Assembly (NCBI GenBank): GCA_046290225.1
Contig: JBKAGE010000034.1
Coordinates: 96,001-160,000, forward strand
Source of the DNA: Bradymonadia bacterium
GTDB taxonomy: Bacteria; Myxococcota_A; Bradymonadia; UBA7976; UBA1532
Reading direction: 5' to 3'
Length of the DNA stretch: 64,000 bases
Position 1 is the stretch's first letter, and the number at the start of each line of letters is the position of its first letter. The notes beneath the pieces are model-generated. The model was not told the origin of the DNA. It searched no databases and saw only the letters and a program-made list of their open reading frames with translations. The translations under genes and the position numbers were made by a program. Below are positions 46,306-56,551 of the stretch, piece after piece.

Positions 46306-49300
46306 GGACATCCCATCGGACCCCGGAGGAAGTTGAGTTGGGTCTCGTTGACGCTGGGATCCGCGACCCACAGCAAGTTGAACCGCCGCTGACTCAAAAC
46401 CCCCACCGGTGTTGCGTTGTCATCCCCTGAAGAGGGGCCAAGATCGATCTGCTCCCCGAGCAGCTGCCCCTGGGCCATCCTGGAGAACATCATGCGACGA
46501 TCGCCCTCGCCGTTGACCGCGATCCACATCAGGGCGGTCTCTTGCGCGCCGTTGCTCCTGATGAGCGTTGGCTGCTCTGCCTGCTGAATGGTCTGGGTGA
46601 GGTTCTCGAGCTCGCCGACGAGGTTGCCCTCGAAGTCGAGGCGCCGACTGATCAGGATGGGGTTGCCCTGGCCGTTGTCCTGCCACACGACGGTGTAGCC
46701 GGTTTCGTCCACAGCCAGCGTAGAGGCCACAGCCTCGCTCTGAGAGTTGGACAGCTGAACCTGCTCGCCCACCTGCTGACCATCGGCGTCGAGCCGCTTG
46801 AAGAAGATCTGCGGTGTCAGAAGACCCTGACCCTCGGTCCAGGTCAGCGCATAACCGCCGTCAGGCGTCCGCACCACGTCGACATCCTGGGAGACGAGAT
46901 CGGTGTCCGTGACCAGCGTCTCGGGGCTTCTGGGGGTGCCATCGGCGTCGAGTCGCAGCATGTACAGGTTGATCTCGTTGTTGCGAGAGTCGTCCCAGAA
47001 AACGACATAGCCGTCACCGTCTTCGAGCAGTCGCGGCCGTACGGAACGGCCCTGAGCCACGGTGAGGCGCCGCTCCACGAGGAACACCTCCCCCTCGGCG
47101 GTGATGGTGTTGAAGTAGATCTCCCAGTTGTTCTCCCGGAAGTCGGCCCACACCACCGCGAACCCGCCGTGGGCGGCGATGATGTGCATGTCTTCCGGCG
47201 TCTGCGCACCGAGTGACATCCGCAAGTCGGCGGCGAGGGCCTGACCGTCGGTGCCGCGGAGACTGAAGTAGGGCTTGGGGCCGAAGGAGCGGTTGTCTAC
47301 CCACAGCATCCCCAGTCGCTCCACGTCACCGTCCTTCAGGTAGGCGATGGAGGGCGACTCGGCGCGGATGCTGCCGGGGCTCACAGCGAGGGGACCGACC
47401 TCGTTCACCGGCACCTCGTCCGTGGTGCCATCACAGTCATCGTCGAGGGCGTTGCACAGCTCCTCGCTCGCAGGCTGAACCACCTCACACCCCACGACAC
47501 CATCGACGCATATGGTACTGCCCGTGGCGCACACCCCGAGCTGCTCGGTGTCACAGAGGTTCCCCGTCTCTGGCTCCCCTTCGTCGAAGCGACCGTCACA
47601 GTCGTCGTCGAGGGTGTTGCACAGCTCGGGGATCGGCGCACTGGGCTGCTGGTCGCAGATCTCGACGACACCACTCTGATCGCAGGTGTAGCTGCCCACG
47701 ACCGCACACTCTCCGCGGCCGACGGCGCAGACGCGGCCGAGCAGGTCGAAGCCCTCGTCGATGGTGCCGTCGCAGTCATTGTCGGTGAAGTCACAGGTCT
47801 CTGCCGACGCCTCCACCTCCGGGGTGCACGCAACGACCCCCTGCACGCACCGCTCGATCCCGACGCTGCATGGCCCCACGAGATCGGTGATGCACACTTC
47901 GCCGCCGCCGGGGTTGCCCTCGTCGGCTGTGCCGTCGCAGTCATTGTCGGTGCCGTCGCACACCTCAGGGGTCTCCGAACGCTCGGGCACACACAGAATG
48001 ACCCCGCTCACACACTCACGGGTGCCGGTGCTGCACACGCCAGGCTGGCCAGTGATGCAGGCCTCGCCGCCAAAGTCTCCTTCATCGATGTTGCCATCGC
48101 AGTCGTTGTCGGCGCCGTCGCAACGCTCGACGTCACTCTCCACGGCCTGCTCGCACACAATGGCGGCGCCATTGCACACGCGACGCCCGGCACCGCACAC
48201 GCCGGGCAGGCCCGTTGAGCACACCTCACCGATGCCGGGCAGCCCCTCGTCTACAGCGCCATCGCAGTCATCATCGAGGGTGTTGCACAGCTCCTCGGCA
48301 CCATTGCGCTCGGAGACGCACATCTCCACCCCGCCGACGCAGCTCCGGATGCCAGGGCCACAGATGCCCATCTCGCCGGTCTCGCACGCTTCACCGATGC
48401 CAGGGAGATCATCATCGACCTCACCATCACAGTCGTTGTCCACCCCGTCACAGACCTCTGGAGAGGCCTGCTGCAGGGCTTCGCAGGTGAGAGCACCGCC
48501 TCCGCACCGCAAGCGGCCTTCGGCGCACACGCCGAGGGCCCCCGTGAAACACGCAGCACCACCTTGGGGATCCCCCTCGTCGGTCGAGCCGTCACAGTCA
48601 TCGTCCAGGCCGTTACAGGCTTCTGGCGCCGGACCATTGGTCCGCACACACACCAGGCCCCCTTCTGCACATGTCAGCGTGCCCGGCCGGCAGCGGCCGA
48701 GGCCCTCGGTCTCACACCCACCACCTGCATCGGGATTCCCATCGTCGATGAGGCCGTCACAGTCGTTGTCGATGGCGTCGCAAACCTCGGGCTCGGGCAG
48801 CCGCTGGCCCTCACAGGTGCCCCAACTGCCCCGCTGGCAGATCTGGCGACCCGGCAGACAAGGCCCCAGGCTCTCGGATCCCGACGGCCCCTCATAGCAA
48901 GCCCGGGACAGCTGACCGCCGGCCTGACCTTCGTCGATGCTGCCGTCGCAGTCGTCATCCTCGCCATTACACAACTCGGCGATGGGCCCTTCGAGGGATC
49001 GACACAAGGGAGCACCATCGACGCACTCACGAGCAAGGCCCTGTGCACACCGACCGGGCAAGCCCGTATCGCAGAGCGGGTCGAGAATGGAGGCGTTCTC
49101 GTCAGTGGTGCCGTCGCAGTCGTCGTCGAGGCCATTGCAGGTCTCGAAGGCATCTGGTCCACGGCGCCCGTCACACGGCCCCCAGCGGCCGTCTTCAGCA
49201 CACGTCCGGATGCCCGGCAGGCAGATGCCCACACGTTCACCAGGGCACCGCTCGGCCTGACCGGGGATACACCTGATCTCGGCATCGCCCATGTCGGGCA

Positions 49301-49484
49301 GATCGGCGTCGGCGGGATCCGCATCAGGGATCTCGACGTCGACGATCTCGGCATCTACTGGCTCCACGGCAGCATCCTCTGCCGGGGCAGTGTCTTCCGT
49401 GGTGCACGCGGAGATGAGGGTGAGGAGCATCACCAGCGCCAGAGCGCGTGGACGATGGGGGGCTGAAAGTTCCGGCATAGACAT
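46302..49484 (-). CDS. Lipoprotein with 11 MopE-type putative metal-binding repeats and a C-terminal beta-rich domain
   Basis: Lipobox ISAC; 11 copies of C[ND]xxD[DN]DCDGxxD[ED]; C-terminal repeats VVWAD/VFWDD/LTWTE/VVWQD. Confidence 0.85.
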   Translation of the reverse strand: MSMPELSAPHRPRALALVMLLTLISACTTEDTAPAEDAAVEPVDAEIVDVEIPDADPADADLPDMGDAEIRCIPGQAERCPGERVGICLPGIRTCAEDGRWGPCDGRRGPDAFETCNGLDDDCDGTTDENASILDPLCDTGLPGRCAQGLARECVDGAPLCRSLEGPIAELCNGEDDDCDGSIDEGQAGGQLSRACYEGPSGSESLGPCLPGRQICQRGSWGTCEGQRLPEPEVCDAIDNDCDGLIDDGNPDAGGGCETEGLGRCRPGTLTCAEGGLVCVRTNGPAPEACNGLDDDCDGSTDEGDPQGGAACFTGALGVCAEGRLRCGGGALTCEALQQASPEVCDGVDNDCDGEVDDDLPGIGEACETGEMGICGPGIRSCVGGVEMCVSERNGAEELCNTLDDDCDGAVDEGLPGIGEVCSTGLPGVCGAGRRVCNGAAIVCEQAVESDVERCDGADNDCDGNIDEGDFGGEACITGQPGVCSTGTRECVSGVILCVPERSETPEVCDGTDNDCDGTADEGNPGGGEVCITDLVGPCSVGIERCVQGVVACTPEVEASAETCDFTDNDCDGTIDEGFDLLGRVCAVGRGECAVVGSYTCDQSGVVEICDQQPSAPIPELCNTLDDDCDGRFDEGEPETGNLCDTEQLGVCATGSTICVDGVVGCEVVQPASEELCNALDDDCDGTTDEVPVNEVGPLAVSPGSIRAESPSIAYLKDGDVERLGMLWVDNRSFGPKPYFSLRGTDGQALAADLRMSLGAQTPEDMHIIAAHGGFAVVWADFRENNWEIYFNTITAEGEVFLVERRLTVAQGRSVRPRLLEDGDGYVVFWDDSRNNEINLYMLRLDADGTPRSPETLVTDTDLVSQDVDVVRTPDGGYALTWTEGQGLLTPQIFFKRLDADGQQVGEQVQLSNSQSEAVASTLAVDETGYTVVWQDNGQGNPILISRRLDFEGNLVGELENLTQTIQQAEQPTLIRSNGAQETALMWIAVNGEGDRRMMFSRMAQGQLLGEQIDLGPSSGDDNATPVGVLSQRRFNLLWVADPSVNETQLNFLRGPMGCP

Positions 49485-49573
49485 GGGCTCAGGATAGAGG
49501 GAAGGCCGGGTGTTTTGCACGACGTCGCTGTACTCCCTGGCCCGAAGCCAGTTTGATGGCCGCCCGAGCACGC

Positions 49574-50740
49574 TCAGGCTGTCTCCTCATCGGCAACAAC
49601 CATCCGCACCTCCACCTCTGTCTGAATGGAGTCTCGGGGCAGCCGACGCACGCGATCGATGATCGAGCGATTCAGTTTGATGCCTCTGGGCAGAAGGGTC
49701 CGGCCGTCCTTGAGCCGCAGGTCGCTGGCCAGTGACATCCCAGGGGTGAGCTGGTCGAGCGTGAGGCGTTGTCGCCCTGCCTGCTCAGCCTCCACATGCT
49801 CAACGAAGGCCGAGAGCAGCTCGGTGGTGTACCGCCCCACCTTGCGTCTGAGGGTCTCGATGATGGCCTCTGGGGCCATACCCTGCTGCTGGAAGGCATC
49901 ATAATCGGCCACCAGCCTCAGACCCCGGCCCGCGGTCTCACACCTCGCGCTGATGGGCGCGGGGCTCTGCCCTTGCTGCTCGGGGGCCATGGCGCGGATG
50001 ATGTCAGCCACCTCCGAGAGTCGTGGAATGTCAGCGATGAGCATGCACGAGACCTCGGGAATGCGATCAATGGCACTCTGCTCAGGCATCGTGAGTTGTT
50101 CACCGGCGAGAAACTTTGCCAACACGGCCGGCGGACATGTGATGGCGCCCAGCTGAGAGAGCATGGCCGCGCTCTCAAGATCCACCCACTTGAGCTCGCC
50201 GAGTTCAGTTCTCACCCCCGACAAGAGACCCTTGATGCGGTTGCCACGACCAAAAGCCCCCGGCCGGGTGAGCGCGAGAATCCGTAAGAATGCTTTGATG
50301 CTGCCGTTGATCGAGGCACCGAACTCCTCCCGCATCGCCGCAGCAGAGCGATGATGCGTCACCGCATCTTCCAAGGTGCGGATCAGCACCTCGGGCTCAC
50401 AGGGCTTGTACAGAATGCGAAAGACGTCGACGTCGTTCACCGCCCGAGCCGTGGATTCGAGATCAGCCTGGCCCGTGAGCAGGATGCGGGTGGCCTCAGG
50501 CAAGATGTTCCGGGTGCGGGCGAGGTAATCCACCCCGCTCATGCCCGGCATGCGCAGATCGGATACAAGCACCTCGAAGCTGGCGTCTGCCTTGAGCACC
50601 TTGAGGCCAGCCATACCGCCTTGAGCCACGTGCACCTCGAAGTGTTTTCGAAGCATGTTCTTGAGCCCCTCGAGGACCCCCATCTCGTCGTCGACGCAGA
50701 GCACTTTGGCCTTGGGCCCACGAGATCGCTTACCTGCCAC
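49574..50740 (-). CDS. Response regulator with degenerate HD-GYP-like output domain
   Basis: Receiver motifs LCVDDE, SDLRMPGMSG, LLTG and KP; LSQLG stands where LHDIG is expected. Confidence 0.82.
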   Translation of the reverse strand: MAGKRSRGPKAKVLCVDDEMGVLEGLKNMLRKHFEVHVAQGGMAGLKVLKADASFEVLVSDLRMPGMSGVDYLARTRNILPEATRILLTGQADLESTARAVNDVDVFRILYKPCEPEVLIRTLEDAVTHHRSAAAMREEFGASINGSIKAFLRILALTRPGAFGRGNRIKGLLSGVRTELGELKWVDLESAAMLSQLGAITCPPAVLAKFLAGEQLTMPEQSAIDRIPEVSCMLIADIPRLSEVADIIRAMAPEQQGQSPAPISARCETAGRGLRLVADYDAFQQQGMAPEAIIETLRRKVGRYTTELLSAFVEHVEAEQAGRQRLTLDQLTPGMSLASDLRLKDGRTLLPRGIKLNRSIIDRVRRLPRDSIQTEVEVRMVVADEETA

Positions 50741-50765
50741 TCTGACGTGCCTCCCTGGCGGGGTC

Positions 50766-52769
50766 TCAACGGGGCTGGAGCGTCCTCACAAGGCGCACAG
50801 AGATGTCGGGCCCCACACTACCCGGATCAGTACCAAAGCGGTGCGCACACCGCAGGCTGTTGGCGTTGGTGTACCCCGACCCGCCTCGGAGCACCCGCAC
50901 ATGCTCATCGTAGGGGCCTTCCACCGCGGGGTCGAGAATCGCAACCTCAGGATCTGCGATCCCGCCAAAGTCCTCACGGCCCCAGTCGTAGGTCCACTCC
51001 CAGCCGTTGCCGCCCATGTCGCAGATGCCCTGGGGGGTGTTGCCCGAGGGCCTGCTGCACACCGGCCAGAGGCTGCGTCGCTCACAAGAGAGGTCATCGG
51101 GGTCCTCACCGAAGACCACACGCTCACACGAGGGCGCCTCGTTGCCCCAGGGATAGCGCACCCCCCTGCCCTGACCTCGAGCGGCATATTCCCACTCGGC
51201 CTCGGTGGGCAGCCGCCAGCCAGCGCAGTCGTACCCCTCTACCCACGCAGGGATCAGCTCGCGCTCAGCGTCGTTGAAGACGTAGGGCATCTCCATGTCC
51301 TCGGGAGACATGTAACAGGGCTGCAACCCCTCGCTCATGGAGAGCACATTGGCGAAGGCCAGGGCCCGGTACCAGGTCACCTGCTCCACGGGCAGCGCAG
51401 GGTCTTCGCAGTCCACCACCCCGTCAGCGCAGAGCAGTGCCGACGGGTTCAGCTCACCCAACGCATTCCACTCTGCCTGGGTCACCTCGGTGCGACGCAT
51501 CACGAAGGCACGGCTCAACTCGACTGCATGCAGGGGCTCCTGCTCCGACCGGCCGGGCTCGTCGATGGGGCTGCCCATATCGAAGGTACCAGGAGGCAGA
51601 CACACGTGATCTGCGGCGGGGCAGTCTCCGCAGCGCCCCTCGCCGTCGAGGCCTCCAGGCCGCGCGTGATCACACAAATTAATGTCGAGGTAGGCTCCGG
51701 CGGAGGCCCCATGGAACAGCCTGCACTCGGCGGTGTCACCATGGGCCATGCCCAGCACAGAGTCGGGTGTAAAGGCGCTGCAGGCCATGAGGCAGCTGGC
51801 TTCGTCAGGGTAGACGTCACCGCAATGGGCCGACATCAAGTCACAGTAGTTCTGGCACAGATCGCCGCAGATGCCGCCACCATCGAGGGCGGCGGCTCCA
51901 CAGGCATCTTCACCCATTTGAAGGGCGGCATTGAGCCGGCACTGCACCGAATTCCCCGTCGTCGCTTCTGCTTCTCCGTCGAGGGGTAACTGACTGCACA
52001 AACGCCGACACTGGATTTCATCAGCAAACTCACCGGGGCACCGCTCGGTCACAGTGGCGCAGTACGTTGCGCAGACATCTGCCCCGTCGAAACAGAAAGC
52101 GCCACCGTTGGGCCCCAGAGCACCACACGCACCAGCCTGCCCCGCAGCCTCGAGCCAGCTGCGCCGGCATGCCTGTGAGTTGCCGATCTCGTCGCCTTCG
52201 CTGCCCTCGGGCCAGCCCTCGCAGGCCGTGGCGCAGGCCTCGACGTCAGCCCAGCTCTCCGGACAGGCCTCGAGGATACCGGCGCACAACATGTCACAGG
52301 GGCCGGGCGGTCCAGCATCGGCGAGATCAGCGTCAGGGGCATCGGCATCCGGGCCCATGTCACCCGTGGCCCCACCTGCGCCACCTCCAGCGCCACCATC
52401 AGGCACTGGGCATTCACATGCATCAAAGGCCCCAGCCTCGTTGCACACCTGCTCCCCCATGGCATCGCCGGGGCACATGCACATCATCACCGCCCCCGGG
52501 GTGCAGTCGAGCACCTCGGCGTCGGGCTCGAGACCACCGTCGGTGTCGCCCCCGCACATGCACGCGCCATAAGCAGACATCTCGTTGCACGACTGCAGCC
52601 CCTCCGTGCCATCAGGGCATTCACAGGCAGCGGTGGTGCCTGGCATGCAGGCTGCGCCGCCCACCGTCGCAGTCTTCTCGTCGCAACCTCCGGCGGCCAT
52701 CAGGAGGATGGCCAGAGACATCAGGGTCCAACCCCCGTGGACTCTCGATCGTGGCTCACGTGCGCTCAT
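50766..52769 (-). CDS. Cys-rich lipoprotein with C-terminal FGE-sulfatase/SUMF1-like domain (paralog of 44053-46305)
   Basis: Lipobox AGGC; FDMGSP, RLPTEAEWEYAAR, DMGGNGWEW and RGGS. Confidence 0.85.
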   Translation of the reverse strand: MSAREPRSRVHGGWTLMSLAILLMAAGGCDEKTATVGGAACMPGTTAACECPDGTEGLQSCNEMSAYGACMCGGDTDGGLEPDAEVLDCTPGAVMMCMCPGDAMGEQVCNEAGAFDACECPVPDGGAGGGAGGATGDMGPDADAPDADLADAGPPGPCDMLCAGILEACPESWADVEACATACEGWPEGSEGDEIGNSQACRRSWLEAAGQAGACGALGPNGGAFCFDGADVCATYCATVTERCPGEFADEIQCRRLCSQLPLDGEAEATTGNSVQCRLNAALQMGEDACGAAALDGGGICGDLCQNYCDLMSAHCGDVYPDEASCLMACSAFTPDSVLGMAHGDTAECRLFHGASAGAYLDINLCDHARPGGLDGEGRCGDCPAADHVCLPPGTFDMGSPIDEPGRSEQEPLHAVELSRAFVMRRTEVTQAEWNALGELNPSALLCADGVVDCEDPALPVEQVTWYRALAFANVLSMSEGLQPCYMSPEDMEMPYVFNDAERELIPAWVEGYDCAGWRLPTEAEWEYAARGQGRGVRYPWGNEAPSCERVVFGEDPDDLSCERRSLWPVCSRPSGNTPQGICDMGGNGWEWTYDWGREDFGGIADPEVAILDPAVEGPYDEHVRVLRGGSGYTNANSLRCAHRFGTDPGSVGPDISVRLVRTLQPR

Positions 52770-53008
52770 CTGGGGACCTGCTCACTTCGAATGTTCGAAC
52801 GATGCGACCCACACAGGGTCTGCCGAATCGCTGCGGACAGTACAGAGATCCGGCGGTTGAGAGCCAGGATAGTTGAAAGGTCACCCAAAATGACACACCA
52901 AAGGTGTCCACACGTGGTGAATGGTGCGACATCGAGCACACAATTCTTTTCCCTCCCCTGCCCTTGCGCTACCGTGCTGTGCACCTCGACGACCCCCGGA
53001 GCGGTCCA

Positions 53009-54313
53009 GTGAATCAGCAAAACGAGCCCATGGGCGTTCAGCCAACCACCGCCCCTGCTCAAACCGGCAGCGCCTTTCGGGCTGTGCCGAAGACAGGGGT
53101 CATCTATGTGATGACCGAGGCGGCCAAGCACGGCTATGTCGGTGGTGATCCGGCATGGTGCAACCTCGGCCAGGGGCAACCTGAAGCGGGGCCACTCCCC
53201 GGGGCGCCCGACCGCGTAGGCGCAGTCACCGTGTCCCTGGACGATCAGGAGTACGCGCCGGTCCCGGGCATCATGGAGCTCCGAGCGGCGGTGGCCGACC
53301 ACTACAACCAGCTGTACCGGCGGGGCATGCCCTCTCAGTACTCCGCGGAGAATGTCTGCATCTCCTCCGGTGGCCGAGCCGCCCTCACCCGTGCTGCGGC
53401 CTCTTTGGGCAGTGTGAACCTCGGGCACTTCCTGCCCGACTACACCGCCTACGAGGAACTTCTGGGGGTCTTCCGCCTGTTCTCCCCCATCCCCATCCTG
53501 CTCGATCCCTTCCGCGGGTATGATTTCTCGCTCCGAGAGCTCGAGCGTGAGGTCACCGGCCGTGGCCTCTCTGCGCTGCTGTTGTCGAACCCGTGCAACC
53601 CCACGGGGAAGCTCGTCGCCGGTGACGAGCTCGCCGGCTGGGTCTCCATCGCCCGTCGCCTCGACTGCACCCTGCTCCTCGACGAGTTCTACAGCCACTA
53701 CATCTGGAACGACGCCGCCTTTGGCGACGGGCCCCCGATGGTGAGCGCAGCGCAGTACGTCGAAGATGTAGATGTCGACCCGGTCTGTATCTTCGACGGG
53801 CTCACCAAGAACTGGCGCTACCCCGGCTGGCGCACTGCCTGGACCCTTGGGCCCAAGCGGGTCATCGAAGCCCTCGGCAGCGCCGGCAGCTTCCTCGATG
53901 GCGGCGGTCCCCGGCCCCTCCAGCGGGCGGCCATTCCTCTGCTCGATGTGGACCACACCCTCTCGGAGACCCGGGCCATTCGTCGTGTGTTTCGGCGCAA
54001 GCGCGACATGATGCTGCGCCGGCTCACCGCCATGGGCGTACACATCGACCGCGAGCCTGAGGGCACGTTCTACATCTGGGGCGATCTGCGTGATCTCCCC
54101 GAGCCTGTGAACACGGGCATGAAACTGTTCCGGCGTGCTCTGGAAGAGCAGGTGATTTGTGTGCCTGGGGAATTCTTCGACGTGAACCCTGGGGGCCGCC
54201 GAGCCAACCGGGGCAGCCGCTTCACCCACCACATTCGATTCAGCTTCGGCCCTGAGGCTACGGGCCTCGAAGCAGGCCTCGATCGACTCGAGGCCCTGAT
54301 CAACAGCCTCTGA
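53009..54313 (+). CDS. PLP-dependent aminotransferase class I/II
   Basis: NLGQGQP, SNPCNPTG, DEFY and PLP-lysine motif GLTKNWRYPGWR; GTG start with GGAG RBS. Confidence 0.92.
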   Translation: MNQQNEPMGVQPTTAPAQTGSAFRAVPKTGVIYVMTEAAKHGYVGGDPAWCNLGQGQPEAGPLPGAPDRVGAVTVSLDDQEYAPVPGIMELRAAVADHYNQLYRRGMPSQYSAENVCISSGGRAALTRAAASLGSVNLGHFLPDYTAYEELLGVFRLFSPIPILLDPFRGYDFSLRELEREVTGRGLSALLLSNPCNPTGKLVAGDELAGWVSIARRLDCTLLLDEFYSHYIWNDAAFGDGPPMVSAAQYVEDVDVDPVCIFDGLTKNWRYPGWRTAWTLGPKRVIEALGSAGSFLDGGGPRPLQRAAIPLLDVDHTLSETRAIRRVFRRKRDMMLRRLTAMGVHIDREPEGTFYIWGDLRDLPEPVNTGMKLFRRALEEQVICVPGEFFDVNPGGRRANRGSRFTHHIRFSFGPEATGLEAGLDRLEALINSL

Positions 54314-54355
54314 AGCTGCGCCCACAGCCCGCCAGGCTCATCCTGCCGCGACAGA

Positions 54356-55321
54356 TCAGAAGACGATGCCTACACCCGCGCTGACGCTGGGGACCCAGGC
54401 GTCCACCACTTCATTGTCTTCATCGGTGGCGGTGAAGGCCGGGAGGGCGGCCTCGGCGAAGAGATCGAGGCGGGCCCCGGTGATTCTGAACAACTCTGCG
54501 CCGACCCGCAGGCCACCAGAGAGCCCAACGGCGCTGTAGTCGGTGTTCTCTCCGGGGCCCACGAGGGGGGCCGGCCCCTCGAATCGCATGTATTCGAGGC
54601 CGATGATGGGCGCGAAGTAAAAGCTCGCGTCTCCCTTTGGGTTCGAGTGCCACCTGACCTCGGCGTGCACGCCGAGGCGACCGCGAACCTCCAAGCGCTC
54701 TCTCGGCGCGTTGGGGCTCCACGCCACGGCGAGCCGACCTCCCAGGGACCACCCGGCCACCTCTCTCCGGGCGGTGATCGCCAGGCCAGGCAGGCTCTCC
54801 GCCTCGCCCTCGAGCAGGCCGGTCCACTGGTACATCTCCAAGCCGTAGTAGGTGAGCCCCTCGTTGCGCAACGTGCGCAGGGATCGTCGGAGGAAGTTGC
54901 CCTGAGCGGGACCTCGCAGGCGCACTGGGTCGTTGTGCAAAATGATGCGGAGGGTGCGCTCGATGGCCACCTCCATGTCGGCCTTCACGGGCTCGCGATG
55001 GGGCACGCCACCATTGATGCGCCCAGTGAGGAAACGCCCGCCGCCCATGCCCTCCGGGAGCTCGATCAGCTCCACGAGCAGGGTGGAGATGCACCCCTCC
55101 CCGGGCCCGGCCACCGTATGAGAGCGATGACGCTCGAGCTCCATCTCCACGAGGCGTTTGAGTGCCGGAGTCTCCATGGGCTCGGCGGCCTCAGTGGTGA
55201 TCTTGACGTCGACACAGGTCAGGATCCCCAGCTGGCTCCAGGCGAGGGTGGGCAGCAGCGTGCACAACGCCGCCACCAGGGCGCCGAAGATCCACCGGCG
55301 TTCGCGGGATCGATTGACCAT
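54356..55321 (-). CDS. Secreted protein with probable C-terminal beta-barrel
   Basis: Signal peptide, alternating amphipathic strands and terminal GVGIVF. Confidence 0.55.
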   Translation of the reverse strand: MVNRSRERRWIFGALVAALCTLLPTLAWSQLGILTCVDVKITTEAAEPMETPALKRLVEMELERHRSHTVAGPGEGCISTLLVELIELPEGMGGGRFLTGRINGGVPHREPVKADMEVAIERTLRIILHNDPVRLRGPAQGNFLRRSLRTLRNEGLTYYGLEMYQWTGLLEGEAESLPGLAITARREVAGWSLGGRLAVAWSPNAPRERLEVRGRLGVHAEVRWHSNPKGDASFYFAPIIGLEYMRFEGPAPLVGPGENTDYSAVGLSGGLRVGAELFRITGARLDLFAEAALPAFTATDEDNEVVDAWVPSVSAGVGIVF

Positions 55322-55324
55322 GAC

Positions 55325-56464
55325 TTAGAAGATGAACCCGAGCTGGAGCAGGCCACCAGGCAGATAGGTCTCCACCGCGCCGGCATCGTTCTCGGTGTCG
55401 ATCATGTACAGCGGCAGGTGAATCTCACCCTGCACGAAGAAGTGCACCGAGTTGGTGCGCATGAACTCGTAACCGATCAAGAGGTCGAGGTTGAGGCCGC
55501 CGGAGAACAGCATCTCCCGGTCGCTGGTGTCGCGCTCCTCCCGGGCCTTGATGATGTCGAAGGCGGTGAGTTCGAAGGCGGCGCCGCTGCCGAAGTAGAA
55601 CGAGTTCATGCCCTGAGGGTCGAGGTAGCGCAGAAAATGAAGCCCCACGGCGGCGCTGCCCAGCAGATCGGTGTGCCCGCCCTGCTCGTTGTTCCGCTCC
55701 GCCACTTCGTTGGTGCCCAGGGTGCCCCGGATGAAGGTGTCCAGGGCCCAGGCCTGGTACTTCCCACGGTAGCCGAGCTGAATGTTGAGGGGGGTCAGGA
55801 TGCGCTGCTCGTTGGTAACCTGGCCATTGTCACCCACCGTGGGCAACTCACCGACCCGGACGGCGCCGCCGAGGGCGAAGGTGGTGTGTCCCTTGCCGTC
55901 GATGGTGCGCAGGCGGCCTTCGCTGTCGGCCCTGAGCACGTTCTCGCGGTTGATGGTGGTGCTCACTGGCTGATCCCGAAGCAGAGCCCAGGTCAGACGC
56001 TGGGCCAGGGCGACGAACTCGTCCAGTCGCACGCGATCCACTTTCTCTTCCCGGTTGTGGCCGCTGTATCGAGCGAAGATCGTCCACCCGACCCTGAGAG
56101 GATACAGCTCGATGGTGATGCGCTCACCACACTCGCCCTTCACCGCTTCGAAGCCCACCTCGTGGGTGACTTCGTACTCCACCATGCGCCTCAGGTAGAG
56201 TGCAGGGTCGATGTCCATCGGATCTCTGCTGGGCCCAGCGGGCAAATTCTCAGCGGCAGGATCGAGCTCGAGGGGGCTCGGCTCCGGCGCGGGGGTGTTG
56301 CTTCCGTCTGTGGAAGGATCGCCCTCTTCGGCTTCGGGAGACCAGGATCGCTGCGTCACCTCGACACACACCTTGGTGGTGCCCTCGGCACTGGCGGTGG
56401 ACACTGCAACCAGGGAGGCCAGCACGGCCCACAGCAGCGCCGATTGCGCCTGAACTCTGCTCAT
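55325..56464 (-). CDS. Secreted protein with probable C-terminal beta-barrel (related to the downstream gene)
   Basis: Start MSRVQAQ with GGAGAG RBS; signal peptide ending ASA; amphipathic strands; terminal LQLGFIF. Confidence 0.6.
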   Translation of the reverse strand: MSRVQAQSALLWAVLASLVAVSTASAEGTTKVCVEVTQRSWSPEAEEGDPSTDGSNTPAPEPSPLELDPAAENLPAGPSRDPMDIDPALYLRRMVEYEVTHEVGFEAVKGECGERITIELYPLRVGWTIFARYSGHNREEKVDRVRLDEFVALAQRLTWALLRDQPVSTTINRENVLRADSEGRLRTIDGKGHTTFALGGAVRVGELPTVGDNGQVTNEQRILTPLNIQLGYRGKYQAWALDTFIRGTLGTNEVAERNNEQGGHTDLLGSAAVGLHFLRYLDPQGMNSFYFGSGAAFELTAFDIIKAREERDTSDREMLFSGGLNLDLLIGYEFMRTNSVHFFVQGEIHLPLYMIDTENDAGAVETYLPGGLLQLGFIF

Positions 56465-56513
56465 GGATTCTCTCCTCTCGTACATCACCGGTTTCCGGCT
56501 GGGAGGGGCCATG

Positions 56514-56529
56514 AGCAGGACCTGTGCCA
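56514..56529 (-). promoter_or_regulatory. Sigma54 -24/-12 promoter
   Basis: Minus-strand TGGCACAGGTCCTGCT versus consensus TGGCAC-N5-TTGCW, about 50 nt upstream of the ATG at 56464. Confidence 0.65.
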
Positions 56530-56551
56530 CCCCCTCAGATCACCAGGGTTG

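Noticed and set aside
44053..50910. Diversity-generating retroelement targeting the two CLec/FGE C-termini
   Set aside because: No reverse transcriptase or template repeat is in the window. The two C-termini differ at many synonymous, non-adenine positions, as old paralogs do. A remote DGR cannot be excluded.
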